Positions 55,602 to 64,000 of a stretch of 64,000 nucleotides of DNA are shown here, piece after piece. This stretch comes from Vicinamibacteria bacterium (GTDB lineage Bacteria; Acidobacteriota; Vicinamibacteria; Vicinamibacterales; JAENWD01). Under the pieces are notes generated by a model. The model worked only from the letters and a program-made list of their open reading frames with translations. It did no database searches and was not told where the DNA came from. The stretch spans positions 65,549 to 129,548 of the forward strand of contig CAWHFZ010000006.1 in the NCBI GenBank assembly GCA_963828745.1, read 5' to 3'. Every line of letters begins with the position of its first letter. The stretch's first letter is position 1. The position numbers and the translations under genes were made by a program.

Positions 55602-56036
55602 ATGGGTAGCGTCAACAAGGTGATCCTCGTCGGCAATCTCGGGCGCGATGCGGAGCTGCGCTATACGCCGGGCGGCGCCGCGGTCGCGACGTTGAGTCTC
55701 GCGACGACGGAAACGTGGAACGACAAAGAGGGCCAGCGTCAGGAAAAGACCGAGTGGCACCGCGTGGTGCTGTGGGGCAAGCAGGCAGAGACGCTCAGCC
55801 AGTATCTGCAGAAAGGCAAACAGATCTACATCGAGGGCCGGTTGCAGACCCGCCAGTGGGATGACAAGGACGGGAACAAGCGCTACACGACCGAAATTCG
55901 CGGCGACCGCATCGTGCTGCTCAGCGGCGGTGCCGGCGGGGGTGGCGGTCAGCGCTTCCAGCGGGAGCCCGGTCCGGCGCAACCGGAGCCGATGGACGTG
56001 GGCCCGGAACTGTCGGAAGACGACATTCCGTTCTGA
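55602..56036 (+). CDS. ssb: Single-stranded DNA-binding protein
   Basis: OB-fold N-terminus [22 protein letters not shown], a Gly-rich linker, and the acidic tip DDIPF. Confidence 0.95.
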   Translation: MGSVNKVILVGNLGRDAELRYTPGGAAVATLSLATTETWNDKEGQRQEKTEWHRVVLWGKQAETLSQYLQKGKQIYIEGRLQTRQWDDKDGNKRYTTEIRGDRIVLLSGGAGGGGGQRFQREPGPAQPEPMDVGPELSEDDIPF

Positions 56037-56042
56037 CGCTTG

Positions 56043-56182
56043 CAGTGCCGAGTGCTAAGTGCGAAGTGCCAAGTGGAGTGGGTAATGGACAGTGAAGAGG
56101 CAGTGGGTTAGCCCCGCATTCCTCACTTCTCATTGCTCATTCCACTTGGCACTCAGCACTCGGCACTCAGCACTCGGCACTG
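56043..56182. repeat. Long imperfect inverted repeat built from heptamers (AGTGCNR arm versus its complement GCACTCN arm). It is probably a bidirectional terminator between ssb and the cupin gene.
   Basis: The left arm is 56043-56100, the loop 56101-56120, and the right arm 56121-56182. The right arm carries one extra heptamer. Confidence 0.8.
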
Positions 56183-56183
56183 T

Positions 56184-56549
56184 TCATTTCTTCTCGCGTC
56201 CGTACCGATCTTCCAATCTGACGACGTCGTCCAGTTCAGGCGTCGAGACTTCGATCACGTCGCAGTCCTCGATCGCGGTCATCCGGTGAATCGTCCCCGG
56301 CGTGACGTGGAACCGCTCGCCCGGCTTCACTTCGTGCTGTTTCAGCTCGCCGTCCTGCTGGATCTCGAACAGCAGCTTGCCCGACCACAACATGATCGTC
56401 TCGTCCTTCTTGTTGTGATACTGCAGGCTCAACGCGTGGCCGGCGTTGATGTGAATCACCTTGCCGACGTAGCGATCGGTCTTCGCCCAGTGGAGCTCGT
56501 ACCCCCACGGTTTTTCCACGCGCGCAATGTCTGACACAGAACCCTCCAT
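56184..56549 (-). CDS. Cupin-domain protein (type II phosphomannose-isomerase-like cupin)
   Basis: VEKPWGYE, LSLQYHNKKDET and GTIHRM. Confidence 0.7.
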   Translation of the reverse strand: MEGSVSDIARVEKPWGYELHWAKTDRYVGKVIHINAGHALSLQYHNKKDETIMLWSGKLLFEIQQDGELKQHEVKPGERFHVTPGTIHRMTAIEDCDVIEVSTPELDDVVRLEDRYGREKK

Positions 56550-56572
56550 CCGCCCTACGAGCGATCACATCC

Positions 56573-58338
56573 CTAGATCTTCGTTAACGCTCCCGCGAGC
56601 GCCCGCGTCACGTAATCCTCGATGGGCGCGAGCGACAACTCCCTGGCGGCGCGCCGGGCGGCGATGACGAGCTCGGCACGCGACGCATGCTCGACGATGC
56701 GGGCGGCCGCCGGCAGCGCGGCTGGTGTCATGCTGAAGTCACGGACGCCGAATCCGACGAGCAGTGCCAGCAGCACCGGATCCGAGGCGACTTCGCCGCA
56801 AACCGACAGCGGCAGACCGTGGCGGGCAGCCAGGCGCGGCAGCATCTTGAGCATGCGCAAGCAGCGCCGGGTGCAGGGGCTGGCCGAGCCCGGTGACACG
56901 AGCTTCGGTCCGGTCTGCGGCGAGCAGATACTGCGCGAGATCGTTCGTACCGAGGGCAAGAAAATCGGCATGACCGGCGAGGATATCGGCGGTCAGCGCC
57001 GCCGCCGGCACTTCGATCATCGCGCCGAGGGACACGCGCGGCGCCGCGACGCCTTCCCGCGCCAACGCGTCGCGGGCGCTCTCGAGAATCGTGCGGGCCG
57101 CGTCCAACTCGGCCGCCGTCGTGACGAACGGGAGCAGGATGCGGACGTTCCCGGCGCTCGCGGCGCGGAGGATGGCGCGAAACTGCGTCTCGAGCATCGC
57201 AGGACGCAAGAGCCCGAGCCGGATACCGCGAACGCCCAGCGGACGATGTCGTTCGACATCGGGCATCGATGGCGTGAATGGGTCGAGCGCGTCGGCCTGG
57301 GCTTCGTCCAAGTCGAACGTGCGGATCGTGACCGCGCCTGGCGCGAACGCAGCGATCAGCTTCTCGTAGGCTTCGGCCTGGAGGTGCTCGCTCTCCAGAC
57401 CCGTGAGCGACGGCAGCGCGCCGCCGAGAAGCAGAAATTCGGAACGATAGAGCCCGACGCTGCGCGCGCCCGCTCGGCGGGCGGCCGGCGCATCGTCGTA
57501 GCGATCGAGGTTGGCCTCGAGGCGGATCACCACGCCGTCTCTCGTCACCGCCTGTCCCGTGGCGCTCGCGGCGTCTTCACTCAGCGGCCGACGCGCTTCC
57601 CCGGCCTGCAGCTCCGCGACGACCTCGTCCGTGGGATGCGACGACGAGCGTTCCCCCCGTGCCGTCGAGCGCGACGATTGCTCCCGGCTCGACGACCTTC
57701 GTGCCGACGCCGAGGCCGACCACCGTCGGAATGCCGAGTGACCGCGCGAGGATCGCCGTATGTGATGTCCGGCTGCCCGCGTCGATTGCCAGCCCGACGA
57801 CCTGGCTCCAATCCAGCTGCGCGGTGACTGACGGCGGAGGGTCGTCGGCCACCAGCACGACTGGCCCCGCGGTCTGCGACAGCAGCGTATGGAGTCCGCC
57901 TGTCTCCTCCCGCAGATTCATCCGCAGGCGGCCTACAACGTCCGCAACGTCGCCGCCGCGCTCGCGAAGGTATGCGTCATTGACGTCCGAGAAGAGCCCG
58001 GCCACCTCGTCGAACGCGCGCTGGACTGCCCAGTCCGCGTTAGCACGCTCGTCCCGCACGAGGGTGAGCGCCCGCGCGATCAGCAACGGATCGTCGAGCA
58101 TGAGGATCTGCGCGTCGAACAGTCCGGCGAGTTCGGCGCCAGGACCCTGAGCCAGCCGCTCTTTGATTGCCACCAGTTGCTCGCGCGAGCGCGCGCACGC
58201 ACGCTCGATGCGCGCGACCTCGGCGGCCACTTGCGACGGTGCCACAGCCGTACGCAGCGCGCGCCCGCGGCGCACCAGCAGCACGGCGCGTCCGACGCCG
58301 AGGCCCGGCACGATGGCGGCCCCTGCCAGCCGTCGCAT
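56573..58338 (-). pseudogene. ptsI: Phosphoenolpyruvate-protein phosphotransferase (PTS enzyme I), with two apparent +1 frameshifts (~57639 and ~56858)
   Basis: N domain plus SRTSHTAILARSLGIPTVVG (ORF 57577-58377; ATG 58338). The PEP-utilising domain GTNDLAQY lies in ORF 56739-57548. The C-terminus ..SVCGEVASDP.. lies in ORF 56573-56971. Confidence 0.9.
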
Positions 58339-58613
58339 CACCGTTCCTCCCCGAATCGAGCCGCAATCAGCGCACACAACTCGTTCATCGCCGCCGCGGC
58401 ATCCGGGCCCTCGGCGGCGATTGTCAGGATCGTGCCGCGCGCGGCGGCGAGAAGAAGAATGCCCATGATGCTCTTGCCGTCGACTGTCCGGTCGCCGCGG
58501 GTGACGCGAATCGCCGCCTGGAACCGGTTCGCCGTCTGCACGAACCGCGCCGCCGCCCGTGCGTGCAGTCCGAGCGCGTTGAGGATCGGCACGTCGCGTG
58601 TGACGGCGGTCAC
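58338..58613 (-). CDS. ptsH: Phosphocarrier protein HPr
   Basis: [14 protein letters not shown] (His15 region) and GKSIMGIL (Ser46 region). GTG 58613 overlaps the EIIA stop. The HPr stop overlaps the ptsI ATG. Confidence 0.8.
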   Translation of the reverse strand: MTAVTRDVPILNALGLHARAAARFVQTANRFQAAIRVTRGDRTVDGKSIMGILLLAAARGTILTIAAEGPDAAAAMNELCALIAARFGEER

Positions 58614-59080
58614 GGCTGGCGGCCCTCCATCAGATCCGAGACGACCCACACGGCGCCGCGGCCGTGTTCGCCGACCGTGCGTGCAATTTCGCGCAGTCCG
58701 GTGGCTTCCCGGAGGTTGGCGAGCTTCAGCAGCATCGGCAGGTTCACGCCGGTCACCACTTCGACACGCTGCGGTGCCAGAAAGGTCACCGCCAGGTTCG
58801 ACGGGGTGCCGCCGAACATATCCGTCAGAACCAGCGCGCCCCGCTCCGTCGCGACGCGGTTCACTGCGGCGCCGATTTCCTCCCGCGCCACATCGACGTC
58901 GTCATGCCATCCAATCGACACTGAGGCGATGTTCGAGAGGTCGCCGACGATGGCCTCGGCCGCGTTGACCAGTTCCAACGCGAGTTGGCCGTGGGTGACG
59001 ACCACGACTCCGACCGGCAGGACGATGGGCCCCGCGCCAGGCCGTGGCGCTTCGGAATCCGTGCGTGTCTCGTCGCTCAT
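58610..59080 (-). CDS. PTS EIIA component, mannose/fructose family
   Basis: [24 protein letters not shown].. and [16 protein letters not shown] 59080 lies inside the composite ORF 58610-60616. Confidence 0.8.
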   Translation of the reverse strand: MSDETRTDSEAPRPGAGPIVLPVGVVVVTHGQLALELVNAAEAIVGDLSNIASVSIGWHDDVDVAREEIGAAVNRVATERGALVLTDMFGGTPSNLAVTFLAPQRVEVVTGVNLPMLLKLANLREATGLREIARTVGEHGRGAVWVVSDLMEGRQP

Positions 59081-60001
59081 ACCGGCTGATTCACGTCGCG
59101 ATGGCGCACCCGGACCCGGACGCCCTGAAGGGGTTCCAGTGCGGGCTTCAGCGCCTCTGCAATCATGACCGATCGATGCCGCCCGCCGGTGCATCCGATG
59201 GCGATCGTCAGGTACGCCTTCCCTTCCCGGACGTACTCGGGCACGAGGAACGTGAGCAAGTCGGTCGTTTTCTGGAGGAACTCTTCGGTCAGGGGCTGCT
59301 GCCTGAGAAACGTGACAACCGCTCGATCGCGCCCGGTCTTGGGTTTGAGCGCCGGGACGAAGTGCGGGTTCGGCAGGAATCGCACGTCGAGCACGATATC
59401 CGCATCGACGGGCAGCCCGAACTTGAAGCCAAAACTGAGGAGCGTGACGATGAGCGACTGGGCCTGATCGTGCGTTCGTGCAAACGTCTGAAACTGCTCT
59501 CGCAGCTGGTGCACCGTCAGATGCGTCGTGTCGACGATCTGATCGGCGAGGGCACGAATCTTCGCCATCTGCCGCCGTTCGGATCGAATCCCCTCCACGA
59601 CGGGACGATCGAGCGCGAGCGGATGTGGGCGCCGTGTCTCGCTGAATCGCCGCACCAGCGTGTCGTGGCTCGCCTCGAGGAAGATCAGCCGCGGGTCCAG
59701 GCCCGGCATCGCTTTCAGCCGACGCCAGATCCGCGAGAACGATCGCAGGAAGCCTCCCTCGCGAATGTCCAGGACAATCGCCACCTTCGGGAGCACGGCG
59801 CCTTCTCGTCGCGACAGCTCGGCAAGCGTCGGGCACGAGCTCGGTCGGCAGATTGTCCACGCAGAAGTAGCCGAGGTCCTCGAGCGCGCGAATCGCCTGC
59901 GACTTCCCCGCACCCGAGAGCCCGGTCAGGACGATGAAACGCCCCTCGCGGCGCCTGCGGCGGCCAGGTGCGGCGGCTGCGCCGGGTGACCGACGATTCA
60001 T
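59077..60001 (-). pseudogene. rapZ: RNase adapter / nucleotide-binding protein RapZ, with one apparent +1 frameshift at ~59840
   Basis: [31 protein letters not shown] (ATG 60001) joins ORF 59077-59913, which contains [10 protein letters not shown]. Confidence 0.85.
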
Positions 60002-61007
60002 GCGGGATCTCCGGTGCCGCGTCCCTGCACTGGTTCGCTCGCGCGCTCCTTGGCCTCTGCGCCGTCCTGCGCCTGCGCGCCAAGCCGTGACGTCAGCGTC
60101 CGCGCTGCGTTGTAGCCTTGCGCCTTGAGCAGCTCGTTGCGGGCGGCCACCTCGACCAGCGTCGCGACGCTTCGCCCCGGAGCGACGGGCATTCGTACGA
60201 GTGGCAGGCGGACACCGACGAGCGTGTGCCACTCGTCGTCGATGCCGAGCCGATCGTGATCGGCCTGGCGCTCCCAGCGTTCGAGCCGCACGACCAGGCC
60301 GACCTGCTTGGCAGAACAGACGGCCGAGACGCCGAACAACGCCTGGATGTCGATGAGCCCAAGGCCGCGTACTTCCATGAAGAAGCGCGCGCTCGCCAGA
60401 CCCGGCGCCGTCGACGAACGATTCCGCCCGGCGCCGGACCTCGACGACGTCGTCGGCGACCAGCCGATGGCCGCGGGTGACGAGCTCGAGCGCGCACTCG
60501 CTCTTGCCGATGCCGCTCTCTCCCAGGATCAGCACGCCGAGGCCGAGCAGATCGACGAGTACGCCGTGCACCGTCGCTCGTTCCGCGAGGTGGAACTCGA
60601 GGCGCGCGGTGAGCATCGCGATCGCCGTGCCCGTTGACGCCGGGGTGACCAGACAGCGGTACTCCGGAACGCTGGCACGCCTCTTCGAGCTCCGGCACGG
60701 GACGCAGCGCCGCGGTCAGGAGGATGCAGGGAATGTCGTGCGCGAGGATCGCGGCGGCGATGGTGCGGCGCTCCTCGGAATCACGGCTCTCGAGAAACCG
60801 GACTTCGCTCTCGCCGAAGACCAGGACGCGGCCAGTGCGGATGTATTCGGGGAATCCCGCCAGCGCGAGCCCGGTCTTCTGCACGTGCGGGCTGCGCACG
60901 AGCCGCTCGAGGCCGTGGCGGCCGGCCACGATCTCCACCACCAGCTCGCCGGCGTCGAGATCGGGTTCGAGGAGTGCGCCGACGGCCACGGCCGGCGGGG
61001 TGGACAT
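59998..61007 (-). pseudogene. hprK: HPr kinase/phosphorylase, with two apparent +1 frameshifts (~60653 and ~60400)
   Basis: The N domain lies in ORF 60093-61007. The P-loop [14 protein letters not shown] lies in ORF 58610-60616. [31 protein letters not shown] lies in ORF 59998-60378. Confidence 0.85.
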
Positions 61008-61018
61008 GGGCGCCGGGT

Positions 61019-61562
61019 TCAGCGTTCCGGTTCGATGAGCCCGAACGAGCCGCCGGCGCGACGGATCAGCACGCTCAGGCCGTCGGTGTCGACGTTGCGG
61101 AACAGCAGAAACGGATCGCCGCTGGCGGCCAGCTCCAGGGCGGCGTTCTCCACCGACATCGGTTTGAACTGCGCGCGTGACACACGCACGACCCGAGGTC
61201 CATTACTCGGCGCCGGTTCCGCGGGCACAGTCAGGGCAGCGACCGCCGAGAACGGCGCCCGCCGCCGTTTGCGTCTCGGTCCACTTTCCTTTCAATTTTG
61301 CAGCCTGGTGCTGAACCTTCTCGACCGCCGCGGTAAGCGCCGTGTTCCACGTCGGTCCTGCAGTGCGCGTCGACAGCTGGTGATCGCCGGCGACGTGGAC
61401 CGTGATGTCGGCGTGACGCCGGCCTTTCTCGAGCGCAAGAACGACCTGGCTCGAGACGAGGGCGTCGCCGAGCAGCCGCTCCAGCCGGGCGAACTTCCTG
61501 TCGACGAGTCGGCGAATCCCCGGGGTGATGTCGACCTGACGGCCTGTGAGGACGAGTCGCAT
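61019..61562 (-). pseudogene. hpf: Long-form ribosome hibernation promoting factor, with one apparent +1 frameshift near 61241
   Basis: The S30AE domain MRLVLTGRQVDITPGIRR.. starts at ATG 61562. The C-terminal dimerisation domain FKPMSVENAALEL..FLLFRN..LSVLIRRAGGSFGLIEP lies in ORF 61019-61228. Confidence 0.8.
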
Positions 61563-61609
61563 GAGGCGATGCGGCCTATTCGGACACCCGCGTGGCGGGT
61601 GATCCGGAG

Positions 61610-63040
61610 CTAATAGAGGACCTTGCGCTGGTTGGACGTCGGGATCTTCAGCTCCTCGCGGTACTTGGCGATGGTCCGTCGTGCGAGCACCAGGCCCTCG
61701 CGCTGCAGGATGCTGACGATCTTCGAGTCCGAGAGTGGCTTCCGCTGATCCTCTGATTCGATGATCTTCTTGATGCGCTGCTTGATCGTGACCGACGAAA
61801 CGCTTTCTCCGTACGACGAGCTGATGCCGCTGTGGAAGAAGAACTTCATCTCGAACACGCCCTGTGGCGTGTGCATGTATTTGTTCGTCACCACGCGGCT
61901 GACCGTCGATTCGTGCATGCCGATGTCGTTGGCAACGTCGCGCAGCACCAGCGGGCGCAGATGCTCGATCCCGTGATCCAGGAACTCGCGCTGAAAGTTC
62001 ACGATGCTGCGCGCCACCTTGTAGATCGTGTTCTGACGCTGCTGCACCGACTTGATCAACCAGCGTGCGGCGTTGAACTTGTCGCGCACGTAGGCCCGGG
62101 TCTCTTCGCCGTGCTCGGTGCCCTTGTCGAGCAGCCGGCGGTAGGTTGGGCTGATCCGCATCTGCGGCAGGCCGTCTTCGTTCAGCCACACGACGTACTC
62201 GTCGTCGATCTTCTCGACGTAGACGTCGGGCGTGACGTACTGGGACTGCGACGGATTGAAACGGCTGCCCGGCTTCGGATCGAGATGCCGGATGACTTCG
62301 ATGTGTTCCTTGAGGTCGTCGATCGACAGTCCGAGCTTGCGCGAGATCTCGGGGATCTGATGGTTCTGGAGCGCGCGCAGGTGCTCGGTGACGATCTTCT
62401 CCGCCGGCGTGTTCTCGAGACCGAGGTGCCGCAGCTGCAGCAGCAGGCTTTCCTGCAGATCGCGCGCGGCGACGCCGATCGGATCGAAGCCCTGCACCAT
62501 CTTCAGCACGCGCTCGACGTCCTCGACCGGCCACGGCCCCATCGCCGCCATCTCGTCGATCGACGCCACCAGGTAGCCGTCGTCATCGAGGTTGCCGATG
62601 ACGGCTTCGCCGATCTCGCGCGTCAGCGCGTCGTCGGTCTGCAGCGAGAGCTGCCACGACAGGTGATCCGAGAGCGAGCTCGTCGACGACAGCGTGTTCT
62701 CGATCGGCGGCAGCTCCTTGACTTCCGACGGCGTGCGCGGCCGGTAGCCGTCGTCGAGATACTCGCCGAAGAAATACTGATAATCGGCGTCGTCCCAGTT
62801 GTCGCCGCGCTGCGGCTCGGGCTTGTCTTCGGCGGGCTTCTCTTCGGTGGTCTGCGTCTCGGCGGCCTGCTGCTCTTCGATCGGCTGCTCTTCGAGCATC
62901 GGGTTTTCGACCATCTCGTTGTTCAGCAGATCCTTCAGCTCGAGGGTCGACATCGGCAGCAGCTTGATCGCCTGCTGCAGCGATGGCGTCAGAATCAGCT
63001 TCTGAACGAGCTTCGTGTGAAGTTTCTGCGAAATCGCCAT
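61610..63040 (-). CDS. rpoN: RNA polymerase sigma-54 factor
   Basis: 476 aa. N-terminal Gln/Leu region, an acidic linker, and the RpoN box ARRTIAKYRE. Confidence 0.95.
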   Translation of the reverse strand: MAISQKLHTKLVQKLILTPSLQQAIKLLPMSTLELKDLLNNEMVENPMLEEQPIEEQQAAETQTTEEKPAEDKPEPQRGDNWDDADYQYFFGEYLDDGYRPRTPSEVKELPPIENTLSSTSSLSDHLSWQLSLQTDDALTREIGEAVIGNLDDDGYLVASIDEMAAMGPWPVEDVERVLKMVQGFDPIGVAARDLQESLLLQLRHLGLENTPAEKIVTEHLRALQNHQIPEISRKLGLSIDDLKEHIEVIRHLDPKPGSRFNPSQSQYVTPDVYVEKIDDEYVVWLNEDGLPQMRISPTYRRLLDKGTEHGEETRAYVRDKFNAARWLIKSVQQRQNTIYKVARSIVNFQREFLDHGIEHLRPLVLRDVANDIGMHESTVSRVVTNKYMHTPQGVFEMKFFFHSGISSSYGESVSSVTIKQRIKKIIESEDQRKPLSDSKIVSILQREGLVLARRTIAKYREELKIPTSNQRKVLY

Positions 63041-63066
63041 GGTCGTGAACTAGCGCCGACTCGATC

Positions 63067-63792
63067 TTAATCCAATCGGAAGTCGGTCCCGAGATAAATC
63101 CGGCGCACCTCTTCGTCGCCGGCCAGACTCGCCGGTGTCCCGCTCCGGAAGATCGTGCCGTCCGTCACAATGTACGCGCGGTCGGTGATGCGCAGGGTTT
63201 CCCGCACGTTGTGATCGGTGATCAGCACGCCGATCCCGCGCTCTTTCAGGTGAAAAATGATCTTCTGAATATCGGTGACGGCAATCGGGTCGATACCCGC
63301 AAACGGCTCGTCGAGCAGAATGAACTTCGGCGACATCACCAGCGCGCGCGTGATTTCCGCGCGGCGGCGCTCGCCGCCGGAGAGCGTGTACGCGGCCGAG
63401 TTGGCGACGGTGGTCAGCCCGAGTTCTGCCAGCAGCTCTTTCGCGCGCTGCCGTCGCTCCACTGCCGTGAGGCTGAGCGTCTCGAGGATGGCGAGCACGT
63501 TCTGCTCGACGGTGAGCCCCCGGAAGATCGACGGCTCCTGGGGCAGGTATCCGATGCCCTTGCGGGCCCGGACATACATCGGATCGTCGGTGACGTCGTG
63601 ACCGTCGAGCGTGACGCGTCCGGCATCGGGCGCAGTCAGGCCGACGGTCATGTAGAACGTCGTCGTCTTGCCGGCGCCGTTCGGTCCGAGAAGACCGACG
63701 ACCTGACCCGAACTCACCTCGAGGCTGACACTCCGAACGACGGTGCGGCCTCCGTACGATTTCGTCAGACTGTGCGTGCTGAGCGTCGCCAT
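63067..63792 (-). CDS. lptB: LPS export ABC transporter ATP-binding protein LptB
   Basis: [24 protein letters not shown] and [11 protein letters not shown]. Confidence 0.9.
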   Translation of the reverse strand: MATLSTHSLTKSYGGRTVVRSVSLEVSSGQVVGLLGPNGAGKTTTFYMTVGLTAPDAGRVTLDGHDVTDDPMYVRARKGIGYLPQEPSIFRGLTVEQNVLAILETLSLTAVERRQRAKELLAELGLTTVANSAAYTLSGGERRRAEITRALVMSPKFILLDEPFAGIDPIAVTDIQKIIFHLKERGIGVLITDHNVRETLRITDRAYIVTDGTIFRSGTPASLAGDEEVRRIYLGTDFRLD

Positions 63793-64000
63793 TCACTTGG
63801 GAGAGGCCCGGCCGCACGGCCCTTCAGTGCTCTTGGCCAGCGTGCGTTTTTCGTCGCTGCCGTCGCACAAAATCCTATCAGTCGATCTCCAGAAAGTCAA
63901 AGATTTGCAGGTAGTTGTGCGGCAATCTTCGACGACGTTCACGGGCTCGCCCTTCATGTGGTACTCCTCGGTGTTCGCGAGGTACGTCATGCGCGCGCCG
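63793..64000 (-). CDS. C-terminal fragment of an LptA/OstA-like protein. The 5' end lies outside the window.
   Basis: The frame is open to the window edge and abuts the lptB start. The call rests on context plus a weak family resemblance. Confidence 0.4.
   Translation of the reverse strand, partial: GARMTYLANTEEYHMKGEPVNVVEDCRTTTCKSLTFWRSTDRILCDGSDEKRTLAKSTEGPCGRASPK

Noticed and set aside
37247-56182. Heptamer arrays and the 15-bp repeats (29036-29095) as possible CRISPR arrays
   Set aside because: The units are 7 or 15 bp with no unique spacers, and there are no cas genes in the window.
58610-60616. 668-aa minus-strand ORF that looks like one large protein
   Set aside because: It is a composite. 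One frame happens to contain the middle of hprK, the N-terminus of rapZ and the whole EIIA gene, joined by out-of-frame read-through created by the frameshifts.

Overview
This is 64 kb of high-GC bacterial chromosome (roughly two-thirds G+C by eye) that is almost entirely coding. I see no rRNA, tRNA, CRISPR array, transposase or phage genes. Gene content and the intergenic repeats point to an Acidobacteriota-like soil bacterium; this is inference and cannot be verified here. The repeats are GTAGGGCGGACC..GGTCCGCCCTAC palindromes and tandem heptamers such as GGATTGN, GGACGAR and AGTGCNR.

Gene order, left to right:
- gcvP 3' part, a class-IV aminotransferase, nnr-tsaE, guaB, secA, an M23 peptidase, comM/yifB and a LysM lytic transglycosylase.
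- A two-gene bacterial-microcompartment module: a BMC-H shell protein translationally coupled to an AdhE-type acylating aldehyde dehydrogenase with a 132-aa C-terminal tail. A lipoprotein follows.
- A T2SS/T4P-like machine: GspF, GspE, PilM, PilN, PilO, a PilP-like protein, a secretin and two GspG-like pseudopilins. An aldo/keto reductase, an Ig/PKD lipoprotein and a repeat-bearing pseudopilin-like gene lie next to it.
- An amino-sugar/MurNAc salvage cluster with no PTS permease: serine hydrolase, SSF transporter, GHL10, BadF-type kinase, nagB, murQ and a glycosylasparaginase-like enzyme.
- xerD-PHP, lptG-lptF, GH57, parB-parA, a BFN nuclease, miaB, recN, tolQ-tolR-tolA-tolB-pal-ybgF, ssb and a cupin.
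- The ptsI-ptsH-EIIA(Man)-rapZ-hprK-hpf-rpoN-lptB-lptA block.

The dominant technical feature is about 39 single-base frame breaks that split 17 otherwise well-conserved genes. Thirty-seven need one base skipped and 2 need one base added. They cluster at 21.3-25.1 kb and 41.2-61.3 kb. Because essential genes are hit, I treat them as probable consensus errors and label the genes as apparent pseudogenes.

The most interesting biology:
- the orphan BMC-H plus aldehyde dehydrogenase pair;
- the lipoprotein-TPR-secretin-cohesin-like fusion in the pilus/T2SS cluster;
- the family of heptamer arrays at gene junctions;
- a 149-nt closed multi-hairpin element in the only sizeable non-coding gap (44.66-45.22 kb).

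All family assignments come from motif recognition by eye. No database search or folding program was available.
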